From NCBI GenBank assembly GCA_963737515.1, contig CAVTSV010000002.1:41816-105815 (forward strand): a DNA stretch of 64,000 nt, written 5' to 3'. Each line of letters opens with the position of its first letter. Within the stretch, counting starts at the first letter, position 1. Below are positions 25,850 through 35,281 of the stretch, piece by piece. The translations under genes and the position numbers were made by a program. The notes under the pieces were generated by a model. That model was given only the letters and a program-made list of their open reading frames with translations, did no database searches and was not told where the DNA came from. The stretch is from an uncultured Actinomycetes bacterium. GTDB taxonomy: Bacteria > Actinomycetota > Thermoleophilia > Gaiellales > Gaiellaceae.

Positions 25850-26629
25850 CTAGGACGCGGCGGCTGCCTCGGCCGACGAGAGGTGCGCCTTCAGGCGCAG
25901 GATCGCCTTCGTGTGGAGCTGGGAGACGCGCGACTCGGTGACGCTGAGCACCTCGCCGATCTCGCGGAGCGTCAGCTCCTCGTAGTAGTAGAGCGTCACT
26001 ACGAGCTTCTCCCGCTCGGGGAGGCGCGCGATCGCGTCGGCGAGCGCCTCTTTCTGCTCGGTGACGGAGAGGGAGCTCTGCGGGTCGGGCGCGCTGTCGT
26101 CCTCGATCGTGTCGATGAGCGCGACCTGGTCGCCGTCGCCCGAGACCGTCCACAGCTCGTCGAGCGCAGCGATGGAGGAGCGCGCGATATCGCTGAGGCT
26201 CTCCTCGAGCTCGTCCTCGCTGATCCCGAGCTTCTTCGCGATCTCCTCGTCGGTCGGCGCACGCTCGAGCTTCTTCTCGAGCTCGGCCATCGCCCGCTCG
26301 ATGTCGCGCGCGCGGGCGCGGACGGAGCGCGGCACCCAGTCCATCGACCGCAACTCGTCGATGATCTGTCCCTTGATGCGCGCGATCGCGTAGGTCTCGA
26401 ACTTCACGTCGCGGCCCGGGTCGTAGCGCTCGATCGCGCCCATGAGGCCGAGGAGGCCGTACGAGACGAGGTCTCCGTCGTCCACGTGCGCGGGCAGGCC
26501 GGACCCAAGCCGGCCGGCGACGTACTTGACGAGCGGCGCGTAGGTGAGGATCAGCCGGTCGCGCAGCTTCTGGTCGCCGGTGCGGCGGTATTCGCGCCAC
26601 AGACTCAGCGTCTCGTCGACCTGTGCCAC
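25850..26629 (-). CDS. FliA/WhiG-family (group 3) RNA polymerase sigma factor
   Basis: LILTYAPLVKYVAGRL...DLVSYGLLGLMGAIERYDP...FETYAIARIKGQIIDELR...LTLREIGEVLSVTESRVSQLHTKAILRL. Confidence 0.9.
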   Translation of the reverse strand: MAQVDETLSLWREYRRTGDQKLRDRLILTYAPLVKYVAGRLGSGLPAHVDDGDLVSYGLLGLMGAIERYDPGRDVKFETYAIARIKGQIIDELRSMDWVPRSVRARARDIERAMAELEKKLERAPTDEEIAKKLGISEDELEESLSDIARSSIAALDELWTVSGDGDQVALIDTIEDDSAPDPQSSLSVTEQKEALADAIARLPEREKLVVTLYYYEELTLREIGEVLSVTESRVSQLHTKAILRLKAHLSSAEAAAAS

Positions 26630-26736
26630 AGGGGAAGAATACGGGGTCGGTCCGCTGATTCCTTAGAGCTGCGTCCTCAGTCGCGCCGATAGCTGCCCAG
26701 CGCACCCCTGAAGCGAGCACCGTCCGGCCGACCCTC

Positions 26737-26907
26737 CTAGCGGCTGCGCCGAAATGCGGCATGGGCGACGGTCGCGAGCCAGGCGGCGATGGCGGCTGCG
26801 GCGAGGCCGACGAGCAGATGCCGCGCGTCCGTGCCGGTCGACAGCGCGTACGCCGCGACCGCCGCGAGCGCCGCGGTCAGTGCCGCGAACAGGAGGGTCA
26901 TGGCCAT
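26737..26907 (-). CDS. Candidate 56-aa two-TM membrane mini-protein (not in the ORF track)
   Basis: Own translation: MAMTLLFAALTAALAAVAAYALSTGTDARHLLVGLAAAAIAAWLATVAHAAFRRSR*. Very high GC3. Confidence 0.35.
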   Translation of the reverse strand: MAMTLLFAALTAALAAVAAYALSTGTDARHLLVGLAAAAIAAWLATVAHAAFRRSR

Positions 26908-26956
26908 CCGGCGACCTTAGTCCGCGAAGACCGTCCGGGTACACTGCGGCCGGCAC

Positions 26957-27029
<73 letters not shown>

Positions 27030-27062
27030 CTGCGCGCGCCGCGCCTCGAGGGGGTGCCGCGG

Positions 27063-28412
27063 CTACTTGCAGCCCGCGACGAGATGGCAGTCGCCGAGGC
27101 CGTTCGTGCTGCCGCCGGTGTTGCCGCTGCCGGCCACCGGGTACGTCTGCGCGTCGAAGCCGTAGCCGGCGTTGTGCGTCGACGAGTTGCCCGAGACCGC
27201 CAGCGGCGCGTCCGGGACGTACTCGTCCTGGAACAGGAAGCCGTCGGCGCCGTTGCCGGTCGCGACGTTGCCCGAGATCGTCTCGCGCGGCGACTTCACG
27301 AACCAGAAGCCCTGGCCGCCGTTCGACGTGGCGGTGTTCTTCGACCACACGGCGCCTGGCGAGTACGTGTCGAAGAAGCCGTACGAGCCGTTGCCCAGGG
27401 CCGTGTTGCCGCTGATCGTGCTGGACGACCCGGCGCCGTACGCGTCCTCGACGTCGAAGCCGTAGGCGCCCGACAGCCGCGCGAAGTTGTTGGTCATCGT
27501 CACCTCCCCGTGGCCGCCGGGGTCGACGTAGAAGCCGCGGGCGTTGCTCGTCAGGACGTTGCCGCTGTATGTGTTGCCGGCCGAGCGGTAGTCGTAGACG
27601 CCGTAGTCGAAGCTGTTGCGGATGTAGTTGCCGGAGACGACGTCGCCGGAGCCGGAGCCGCTGAGGTAGATGCCGTAGTCGTTGCCGGACATCGTGTTGC
27701 TCGTGATCCGGAGGCCCGCGCCGTGACCCGCGTCCCTGACGGCGGTGTTCATCCCGATGACCGTGTTGCCGCCGAACTGCGTCTCGGCGCTGCCGCTCGT
27801 CGCGAGCGCGACGCCCGTCTGCCCGGCGGCGCTCGTGAACGTGTTGCCGGTGATCGCGTCGGACGTGCCGGAGCTCTCGGAGACGCCCGTGTCGTTGGCG
27901 GGCGTGGTGATCGTGTTCCCCGTGATCGCGGCGCCGACCGTGTCGTGGAGGTAGACGCCGTCGTAGAAGCCGCGGACAGTGCAGCCGGAGACGACGAGCC
28001 CCGACCCGCCGGCGTCTGCGTAGACGCCCGAGCCGTTGCCGTCGCTCGTCATCGTCACCTTCGAGACCGTGACGCCGCTGCCGCCGCCGAGGTCGTTGAC
28101 GGCGGCGGCGCCGCCGCTCGCGACGAGCGTCCCGTTCTCGACCGTCACGTGGCCGTAGCCGACGCTGTCATCGATCACGTCGTAGCCGCTGCGGCCGGTG
28201 ACCGTGTAGCGGTTGAGGTTGAGGGTCACGCCGGCGTGGCCGAAGTAGAGCGCCTTGCCCGGCGCGCCCGAGCAGTTGAGGTTGCCGACGAGCGTTACGC
28301 TCGCGGTCAGGTGCTCGCCGCAGTAGACGTTCGACGCAGCCGCCGGCCCGGCGAGCGCGAGCACGGCACCGACGGCCGCCGCGGCCGCTAGGACGTTGAC
28401 CACCCTTCTCAC
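27063..28412 (-). CDS. Secreted right-handed parallel-beta-helix (PbH1/NosD-like) protein, copy a, intact
   Basis: 449 aa with a signal peptide (MRRVVNVLAAAAAVGAVLALAGPAAAS) and many GNT/SGN-type turns (ITGNTI, VSGNYI, ISGNTA, ISGNVA). C-terminal end is YPVAGSGNTGGSTNGLGDCHLVAGCK. Confidence 0.8.
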   Translation of the reverse strand: MRRVVNVLAAAAAVGAVLALAGPAAASNVYCGEHLTASVTLVGNLNCSGAPGKALYFGHAGVTLNLNRYTVTGRSGYDVIDDSVGYGHVTVENGTLVASGGAAAVNDLGGGSGVTVSKVTMTSDGNGSGVYADAGGSGLVVSGCTVRGFYDGVYLHDTVGAAITGNTITTPANDTGVSESSGTSDAITGNTFTSAAGQTGVALATSGSAETQFGGNTVIGMNTAVRDAGHGAGLRITSNTMSGNDYGIYLSGSGSGDVVSGNYIRNSFDYGVYDYRSAGNTYSGNVLTSNARGFYVDPGGHGEVTMTNNFARLSGAYGFDVEDAYGAGSSSTISGNTALGNGSYGFFDTYSPGAVWSKNTATSNGGQGFWFVKSPRETISGNVATGNGADGFLFQDEYVPDAPLAVSGNSSTHNAGYGFDAQTYPVAGSGNTGGSTNGLGDCHLVAGCK

Positions 28413-28433
28413 GCCGCGAACCCTACAAAGAAC

Positions 28434-28461
28434 GAGCGGGCCACGTTTCCGTGGCCCGCTC
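28434..28461 (-). terminator. Perfect 12-bp hairpin downstream of beta-helix pseudogene c
   Basis: Identical to 11753..11780. Confidence 0.6.
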
Positions 28462-28489
28462 GAGGACTTCGTCGAGAGTCAGCTTCGGC

Positions 28490-29966
28490 TCAGCTGCATC
28501 CCGAGACGAGCACGCAGTCGAAATCCCGTTCGTCCCATTGCCCTTGTTGCCGCTGCCGGCGACCGGGTCGTCGATCGCTGATAGAACCCGAACTCGCCGT
28601 TGTAGATCGAGGTGTTGTTCATGAAGGCCAGCGGCTGCGCTGTCGGAGCCGGTCGCGTCGAACTCGAACCCGTTGCCGCTGTTCCCCTTCGCGAGGTTGC
28701 CGCTGATCGTCGTCCGCCACGGCTGGGTGAAGAAGAAGCCGTCACCATTGTTCTGGTAGGCGACGTTATTCGAGAACGTGCCGCCGACCATGTACGTGGT
28801 GTAGAAGCCGGCCCAGTCGCCCGAGCAATCGATGCCGCCGCCGTTCGCGGTCGCATGGTTGCCCGTGACCATGCTGTACGGCGGGCCCGGCACGCTGTCG
28901 GTGTACGCCTCCAGGATCACGAATCCCGAGCCGCAGCCTTCCCGCGCGTAGTTGTTCGTCATCGTCACCGGCCCGTAGCCGTTCGGGTCGATCTGGTAGC
29001 TCCACGGGTCGGCCGAGTCGCCGCCGCTCGTGAGGACGTTGCCGGTGTACGAGTTGTTGAACGACTCGTAGTCGTTGATGGCCACGTCCACGGTGTTGCG
29101 GACATAGTTGCCGGAGACGACATCCGCCGAGTCGTCGTGGTGGAAGACGATCCCCGTATACATGTTGTCCACGGCCGAGCTGCCGATCACGTTGTTCTGG
29201 ATCCAAAGACCGGCATTGTGATCGTCGGCGTTGATGCCGTAGTACATGTTGGACATCGTGTTGCCACTGATCACCGTGCCGGCGCTGTGGTCGGCCTTCA
29301 CGCCGCCGCCGTAGTAATCGCTGTCGATGACGGTGGCGCTGTCGGAGATCGTGTTGCCGGTGACCGCGTTGTTCGTGCCGGCCTGGTCATAGACGCCGTA
29401 CATGCCGTAGTAGCCGCCGTCCCCATAGCCGTTATCGCCCAGCGTGATCGTGCTCTTGGTCACGAGATCGTTGATCGACTCGTAGAGGTAGGCCCCGATA
29501 CGTGAAGCCGCTGATCGTGGCTCCCGTGACCGTGTTGGCGTACCCCTGGTCGTCATAGACGCCGGCATAGCCGAGGCCGTCCCGTCGCCGGTGATCGTCG
29601 TGCCGTTGATCGTCGCTCCGCCGGCCTCGAGGTAGACGCCGTCGCACTGCCACTGTTCACGAGGGTCCCGCCGTTGATACGTCCCCGACCCATCGATGTA
29701 GATCACGTTAGTCGCCGCTGTGGGCCGTGATCGTGTACTTGCCGAGATTGAGCGTCACCGTCTTGCCCGCGGCCGGCGTCGACCGTCAGCGCGGTGCCGG
29801 AATAGCCCGTGCAGTCCAGGTTGCCGATCAGCGTGAACGTGCCCGAAGTGATGGTGGCGCCGCACGAGAACGGCGGATTCGCCGCCGACGCTGCCCCGGC
29901 GACTGCGAGCACCACGACAACCGAGATTGCGGTGACCGCGAGATAGACATACTTCCTTACAGACAT
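28490..29966 (-). pseudogene. Parallel-beta-helix protein, copy c, heavily frameshifted
   Basis: ATG 29966: MSVRKYVYLAVTAISVVVVLAVAGAASAANPPFSCGATITSG.... Homology to copy b then jumps between ORFs 29703..30092, 29432..29653, 28423..29706 and 28479..28856, and a final frame ends DFDCVLVSGCS* (stop at 28490..28492). Confidence 0.8.
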
Positions 29967-30048
29967 TGCACCTACCCCTCTCCTTGTTACTGACTTTTCG
30001 CGTAGCCCGTTGGCCCCTCTGCGCATCAGGGATCGAGCCACCGCCGTC

Positions 30049-30077
30049 ACAGTAGCGCAGAAACCGGACGGTGACAA
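30049..30077 (-). promoter_or_regulatory. Sigma-70-type promoter candidate for beta-helix copy c
   Basis: Minus strand: TTGTCA (30072..30077), 17 nt spacer, TACTGT (30049..30054). Confidence 0.5.
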
Positions 30078-30113
30078 CGGTAAAACCACCAAAAACGGCG
30101 CGAGCCGCCGTGT

Positions 30114-31193
30114 TCACGCCCCTGACACAGCCTCGAGCGCGAGCTGCCGGAAGTCGGCCAGTCCGGAGACACCGACGCCGACGAGCCGCAGCGCGCCGGG
30201 CCGGTCGTCGAGGCCGCGGTCGAGCAGGCGGCACGCGAGGTCGCCGATGGTCGCGACGTCGTCGATCCCGTTGTCGAGCGACGTCGACCGGCTGCGGATC
30301 GAGAAGTCCGCGTAGCGGAGCTTCGTCGTCACGGTGCGCGCCACCTGGCCGCGGCGCTGCAGCGCCTCGCCGACCTCCGCCGCCATCCCGCGCAGCTCGT
30401 CGTGGAGCCGCTCGCGGTCGGAGATGTCGCGCTCGAACGTGTTCTCGACACTGATGGAGATGCGCTCGACGCCGAACTCGAGCCCGCGCGGGTCGATCCC
30501 GCGGGCGCGGTCGCGGAGCATCGTCCCGACGCTGCCGGGCAGGAGGCGGCGGATCTCCTCGTCCCCGACCGCCGCGAGCGCGCCGATCGTCTCCACGTCT
30601 GCGGCGAGCAGCCGCTGCTCGGCCTTCGGCCCGACCCCGGGGAGGCGCCGCACGGCGAGCGGAGCGAGGAACGCAGCCTCCCGTCCGGGCGGGACGACGA
30701 CGAGGCCGCCCGGCTTGCGCGCGTCGCTCGCAACCTTGGCGACGACCTTGCAGGGCGCGACGCCGAGCGAGCAGGTGAGGCTCGTCCCCGCGCGCACCGC
30801 CGTCTGCACCGCCTCGGCGATTGCGCGCGCGGCGAGGAAGTCGTCCGCCACCTCCCCCACGTCGAGGTAGCCCTCGTCCATCCCCGTCTGCTCGACCGTC
30901 GGGACGATCCCGCGCACCGTCTCCCACACGCTGCGCGAGTACTCGCGGTAGAGCGAGTGGCGCGGGCGGACGAAGACCGCCTGCGGGCAGCGGCGCAGCG
31001 CCTCGGCGCAACTCATCGCGGAGTGAATCCCGAAGCGGCGCGCGTTGTAGTTCGCAGTCGCGACGACGCCCCTCCCGCGCGGGTCGCCGCCGACGATCAG
31101 CGGCTGCACGCGCAGCTCCGGATTCTCGAGCTCCTCCACCGCGGCGTAGAACGCGTCGAGATCGAGGTGCGCAACGATGCGGGGAACGGCCAT
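30114..31193 (-). CDS. dinB: DNA polymerase IV (Y-family)
   Basis: MAVPRIVAHLDLDAFYAAVEELENPELRVQPLIVGG...VVATANYNARRFGIHSAM...MDEGYLDV. Confidence 0.9.
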   Translation of the reverse strand: MAVPRIVAHLDLDAFYAAVEELENPELRVQPLIVGGDPRGRGVVATANYNARRFGIHSAMSCAEALRRCPQAVFVRPRHSLYREYSRSVWETVRGIVPTVEQTGMDEGYLDVGEVADDFLAARAIAEAVQTAVRAGTSLTCSLGVAPCKVVAKVASDARKPGGLVVVPPGREAAFLAPLAVRRLPGVGPKAEQRLLAADVETIGALAAVGDEEIRRLLPGSVGTMLRDRARGIDPRGLEFGVERISISVENTFERDISDRERLHDELRGMAAEVGEALQRRGQVARTVTTKLRYADFSIRSRSTSLDNGIDDVATIGDLACRLLDRGLDDRPGALRLVGVGVSGLADFRQLALEAVSGA

Positions 31194-31223
31194 ACGAACG
31201 AGCGTACGCGCCCGTCCTGACGA

Positions 31224-31254
31224 GACACGTCCGGTACCTGGTACCGGACGTGTC
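31224..31254. repeat. 31-nt perfect palindrome containing the CGGTACCTGGTACCG core
   Basis: GACACGTCCGGTACC-T-GGTACCGGACGTGTC. Confidence 0.9.
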
Positions 31255-31340
31255 GGAGAGAGACACGACTCGGGCAGCGCCGCAGCTCGGCAATCGCACT
31301 AGCCGAGCCACCACGGTCCGAGGCAGCCTCGACCGTTCGG

Positions 31341-31371
31341 GACACGTCCGGAACCTGGTTCCGGACGTGTC
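31341..31371. repeat. 31-nt perfect palindrome, variant with a compensatory T/A swap
   Basis: GACACGTCCGGAACC-T-GGTTCCGGACGTGTC. Confidence 0.9.
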
Positions 31372-31402
31372 CGCAGGGGACCTGGCTCGTTAGGCTCCGC
31401 GC

Positions 31403-32968
31403 GTGGCAGTCCTCACCTCGCAGGTCGACCGCGACGGCGCCGAGTTCACGCAGCGCCGCGAGCGGATGGACGCGCTCGTCGCCGAGTTGCGCACCCGGAC
31501 GGCGCAGGTCGCGCTGGGCGGCGGCGAAAAGGCGATGGAGCGGCACACCTCGCGCGGCAAGCTGCCCGCGCGCGGGCGGATCGACCGGCTCGTCGATCCC
31601 GGCACCGCCTTTCTCGAGCTGAACGCGCTCGCCGCGTGGGATCTCTACGACGGCGGCGCGCCGAGCGCCGGCATCGTCACCGGGATCGGCATTGTCGAAG
31701 GGCGCGAGTGCGTGATCGTCGCCAACGACGCGACCGTCAAGGGCGGCTCCTACTTCCCGCTCACGGTCAAGAAGCACCTGCGCGCGCAGGAGATCGCCGA
31801 GCAGAACCGGCTGCCCTGCCTGTATCTCGTCGACTCCGGCGGCGCCTTCCTACCTCTGCAGGCCGAGGTCTTTCCCGACCGAGACCATTTTGGACGGATC
31901 TTCTTCAACCAGGCCCAGATGTCGGCGAAGGGGATCCCCCAGATCGCTGTCGTGATGGGCTCATGCACCGCCGGCGGCGCGTACGTGCCGGCGATGTCGG
32001 ACGAAACCGTGATCGTGCGGGGAACGGGGACGATCTTCATCGGCGGCCCGCCGCTCGTGAAGGCGGCGACCGGGCAGGACGTGACGGCGGAGGAGCTCGG
32101 CGGCGCAGACGTCCACGCGCGGCGCTCCGGCGTCGCCGACCACTACGCGACCTCCGACGAGCACGCGCTTGCGCTCGCGCGCGGCATCGTCCGCAACCTC
32201 GACCTCAGGTCGAGCGTCAGCTCGGACTCGGACGTCGCCGAGCCCGAGGATCCCGCGCTCGATCCGGCCGACCTCTATGGGCTGATCCCCGAGGACTTCC
32301 GCCACCAGGTCGACCCGCGCGAGCTGATCGCCCGGATCGTCGACGGCTCACGCTTCCAGGAGTTCAAGCAGCTCTACGGCGAGACCCTCGTGACCGGCTT
32401 CGCCCGGATCGAGGGCTTCCACGTGGGGATCCTCGCGAACAACGGCGTCCTCTTCGCCGAATCGGCGCAGAAGGGCGCGCACTTCATCGAGCTCTGCTGC
32501 AAGCGGCGCATCCCGCTCGTCTTCCTCCAGAACATCACCGGCTTCATGGTCGGGACGGAGTACGAGGCCGGCGGGATCGCGCGCGACGGCGCGAAGCTCG
32601 TGATGGCGGTGGCGAACGCGCAGGTGCCGAAGTTCACCGTCGTGACGGGCGGCTCGTTCGGCGCCGGCAACTACGCCATGTGCGGACGCGCATACGAGCC
32701 GCGACAGCTGTGGATGTGGCCGAACGCGCGCATCTCCGTCATGGGCGGCGAACAGGCGGCCACCGTCCTCTCGATGGTCGGCGACGTCGACGAGGACGAG
32801 ATCCGGACGAAATACGAGGCCGAGGGGAACCCGTACTACTCGACCGCGCGGCTCTGGGACGACGGGATCATCGACCCGCACGACACGCGGCGCGTCCTCG
32901 CGCTCGGGCTCGCGGCTGCGCGCAACGCGCCGATTCCCGAGACCACCTTCGGCATCTTCCGCATGTGA
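31403..32968 (+). CDS. Acyl-CoA carboxylase carboxyltransferase subunit (methylcrotonyl-CoA carboxylase beta type)
   Basis: 521 aa with [16 protein letters not shown]...[26 protein letters not shown]...[18 protein letters not shown] start. Confidence 0.9.
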   Translation: MAVLTSQVDRDGAEFTQRRERMDALVAELRTRTAQVALGGGEKAMERHTSRGKLPARGRIDRLVDPGTAFLELNALAAWDLYDGGAPSAGIVTGIGIVEGRECVIVANDATVKGGSYFPLTVKKHLRAQEIAEQNRLPCLYLVDSGGAFLPLQAEVFPDRDHFGRIFFNQAQMSAKGIPQIAVVMGSCTAGGAYVPAMSDETVIVRGTGTIFIGGPPLVKAATGQDVTAEELGGADVHARRSGVADHYATSDEHALALARGIVRNLDLRSSVSSDSDVAEPEDPALDPADLYGLIPEDFRHQVDPRELIARIVDGSRFQEFKQLYGETLVTGFARIEGFHVGILANNGVLFAESAQKGAHFIELCCKRRIPLVFLQNITGFMVGTEYEAGGIARDGAKLVMAVANAQVPKFTVVTGGSFGAGNYAMCGRAYEPRQLWMWPNARISVMGGEQAATVLSMVGDVDEDEIRTKYEAEGNPYYSTARLWDDGIIDPHDTRRVLALGLAAARNAPIPETTFGIFRM

Positions 32969-33192
32969 TCGCGCGCCTCGTCATCTGGAATCTGTTCGAC
33001 TCGAAGACGACGCTCGACGAGCTGCGCGAGCACCTGCCTCTGCTGCCCGAAGGCGACTACTGGATCTCGAACGAGGCGGCTGACCGCTTCGGGGTCGTCT
33101 CCTTCGGAGACGTGCTGCCGGATCTCGGCCCGATTCCCGATCTCATCGGCGACGAGCCGGCGGCCGCCGAGGAGTTCGACATTCTCGAGTGA
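32965..33192 (+). CDS. Hypothetical small protein (75 aa)
   Basis: GTG 32965 overlaps the upstream ATGTGA: [47 protein letters not shown].... Confidence 0.5.
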   Translation: MIARLVIWNLFDSKTTLDELREHLPLLPEGDYWISNEAADRFGVVSFGDVLPDLGPIPDLIGDEPAAAEEFDILE

Positions 33193-34430
33193 GCCGGCGC
33201 TCGTCCTGGCCCGCCGGGCTGGCGGCGGCTGCGCTCTTCGCGTTCTCGTTCTACGTCCTCCAGCACTGGCTCGAGCAGGGCCAGCTCTCCGACGTCGGCG
33301 GCTACCAGCAGTGGGGCGAGCTCATGCGGTCGGGACAGGTGCCGTACCGCGACTTCCCGCTCGAGTACCCGCCCGCCGCGATCCCCGCCTTCCTCCTGCC
33401 CGCGTACATGAGCTGGAGCTACGCAACGTCGTTCGCGGTGCTCATGGGCGTCTGCGGCGCGGGCTGCATCGCGCTCATCGCGTCCGCGCTGCGGAGCGTC
33501 GGCGCCGGGCCTGCCCGGATTTGGGGAGCGCTGCTGCTGTTCGGGGTCTCGCCGATCGCGCTCGGCTCGCTCTTCGACACGCGCTTCGACCTGTGGCCCG
33601 CCTTGCTCGCGCTCGCCGGCCTGGCGGCGGCGGTGCGGGAGCGGCCGCTGCTCGCGGGCGCGCTGCTCGGGCTCGGCTTCGCCGCGAAGCTCTGGCCGGT
33701 CGTCCTCCTCCCCGTCGTCGCGATCCACCTCTGGCGGCGGCGCAGCGGCTTCGCTGCGTACGCGACGATCGGAGCGTTCCTCGCGGCGGCGGCGGCGTGC
33801 TTCCTCCCCTTCGCGATCCTCGCGCCGCACGGACTGTGGTCGAGTCTCTCCGGCCAGCTCGACCGCCCGCTGCAGGTGGAGAGCCTCGGCGCGGCCGTCC
33901 TCATGGCGGCCGAGCACCTCGGGATGCGCATGCACATGACCGTGACCTCGCACGGCGCGCAGGCGCTGACCGGGCGCGGCGCCGGGCTGGCCGCAGACCT
34001 CGAGACGGTGGCCGAGATCGCGTCCGTGCTCGTCGTCTGGATCGCGTACGCGCGACAGCGCTCCCGCGAGCGCGAGGCGGCGCTCGTCGCGGCCGCAGCG
34101 TCGGTCGCGGCAGTCGTCGCGTTCGACAAGGTCCTCTCCCCGCAATACCTCGTCTGGATCGTCCCCTTCGTCGTCCTCGCCCGCGGCACGCGCGGCAGCG
34201 TCGCCGCCGTGCTGATGGTCCTCGCGCTCGGCCTGACGCAGACGTGGTTCCCGGGCAACTACTGGAGCCTCGCGGTCGACCACGCGTCGCCGTGGTCGTG
34301 GTACCTCCTCGTCCGCGACCTCGCGCTCGTCGCGCTCGCCGGGGTGCTGGCCGGAGTTCAGCCGCGAATGAGATTCCGGAGGAGGAAGAGCACGTTCGCC
34401 GGCCGCTCCGCGAGCCTCCGCATCAGATAG
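33189..34430 (+). CDS. GT87/DUF2029-family integral-membrane glycosyltransferase
   Basis: Polytopic; QVPYRDFPLEYPPAAIPAFLLP...GLGFAAKLWPVVLLP. Confidence 0.7.
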   Translation: MSRRSSWPAGLAAAALFAFSFYVLQHWLEQGQLSDVGGYQQWGELMRSGQVPYRDFPLEYPPAAIPAFLLPAYMSWSYATSFAVLMGVCGAGCIALIASALRSVGAGPARIWGALLLFGVSPIALGSLFDTRFDLWPALLALAGLAAAVRERPLLAGALLGLGFAAKLWPVVLLPVVAIHLWRRRSGFAAYATIGAFLAAAAACFLPFAILAPHGLWSSLSGQLDRPLQVESLGAAVLMAAEHLGMRMHMTVTSHGAQALTGRGAGLAADLETVAEIASVLVVWIAYARQRSREREAALVAAAASVAAVVAFDKVLSPQYLVWIVPFVVLARGTRGSVAAVLMVLALGLTQTWFPGNYWSLAVDHASPWSWYLLVRDLALVALAGVLAGVQPRMRFRRRKSTFAGRSASLRIR

Positions 34431-35281
34431 CGGTACCAGTCCGGGCCGTACGGCGCCGCGACGAGCACCCCGTAGCCGCGGCGGACGAGCTCGAGCTGGA
34501 GCGCGGGCCGGACGCCGTAGAGCATCTGGAACTGGAAGCGCTCCGGCGGGATCTCCCGCTCGCGCGCGAAGGCGATCGCGTGCTCGATCAGCGCCTCGTC
34601 GTGGGTGGCGATCGCGGTGAAGCCCTCGCCGGCGAGAGAGCTCTCGAGCAGCCGGACGTACGCGGCGTCGACGTCCGGCTTCTGCGGATAGGCGACCTCC
34701 GGCGGCTCGAGGTACGCGCCCTTGACGAGCCGGAGGTTCGGCGCGAGCGGGAGGAGCGCGGCAAGGTCGTCCTCACTGCGGTAGAGGTACGACTGGAGGA
34801 CGGCTCCGACGTTGGCGTTGCCGTCGTCGCGGAGGCGGCGATAGATGCGGAGCGTCGGCTCGACGCGCGCCGACTCCTCCATGTCGATGCGGACGAAGTT
34901 GCTCGTCGACGCTGCGTGCGCGACGAGTGCCGCGACGTTCCGGTGCGCGAGCTCCTCGTCGATCGCGAGGCCGAGGTGCGTGAGCTTGAGCGCGACGTTC
35001 GTCCGCAGACCCTCGGCAGCAATGCGGTCGAGCAGCTCGCGATAGGCGGCGACGACGGCAGCGGCTTCCTCCTCCGTCGCGACTCCCTCGCCGAGGAGGG
35101 TCGTGTTCGCGAGCAGGCCGCTCTCGTTCAGGCGGCGCAGGACGGGTACCGCGGCGTCGAGGCTTTCCCCGGCGACGAACCGAGCTGCCCCGAGCCGAAA
35201 GCCGTACCGCTGGACCAGCCGGCCGAGCCGCGGGCTGTCGGCTGCGGCGAGGAGGACGCGGCGGACCGCGTTCAGCCCCAC
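34358..35281 (-). CDS. Proline dehydrogenase
   Basis: FVAGESLDAAVPVLRRLNESGLLANTTLLGE...VALKLTHLG...FVRIDMEES...VKGAY...FQMLYGV. Start set at GTG 35281. Confidence 0.85.
   Translation of the reverse strand: MGLNAVRRVLLAAADSPRLGRLVQRYGFRLGAARFVAGESLDAAVPVLRRLNESGLLANTTLLGEGVATEEEAAAVVAAYRELLDRIAAEGLRTNVALKLTHLGLAIDEELAHRNVAALVAHAASTSNFVRIDMEESARVEPTLRIYRRLRDDGNANVGAVLQSYLYRSEDDLAALLPLAPNLRLVKGAYLEPPEVAYPQKPDVDAAYVRLLESSLAGEGFTAIATHDEALIEHAIAFAREREIPPERFQFQMLYGVRPALQLELVRRGYGVLVAAPYGPDWYRYLMRRLAERPANVLFLLRNLIRG

Larger units (their letters stand above)
28370..30080. repeat. Copy 2 of the ~1.7 kb dispersed repeat (partner at 11686..13455)
   Basis: See 11686..13455. Here the left end runs into the intact start of copy a. 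Confidence 0.85.

Noticed and set aside
23598-26762. 1054-aa ORF in the track, which suggests a giant protein
   Set aside because: Only the C-terminal 688 aa (from ATG 25661) are EF-G-like. The upstream part is Arg/Pro-rich, runs antisense through the sigma-factor gene, and is a high-GC open-frame artefact.
31341-31371. GAAC-CTG-GTTC inside the second 31-nt palindrome as a LexA box for dinB
   Set aside because: The spacing is N3, not the N4 of the Cheo/actinobacterial SOS box, and the sister palindrome has GTAC instead. The motif belongs to the dispersed palindrome family.
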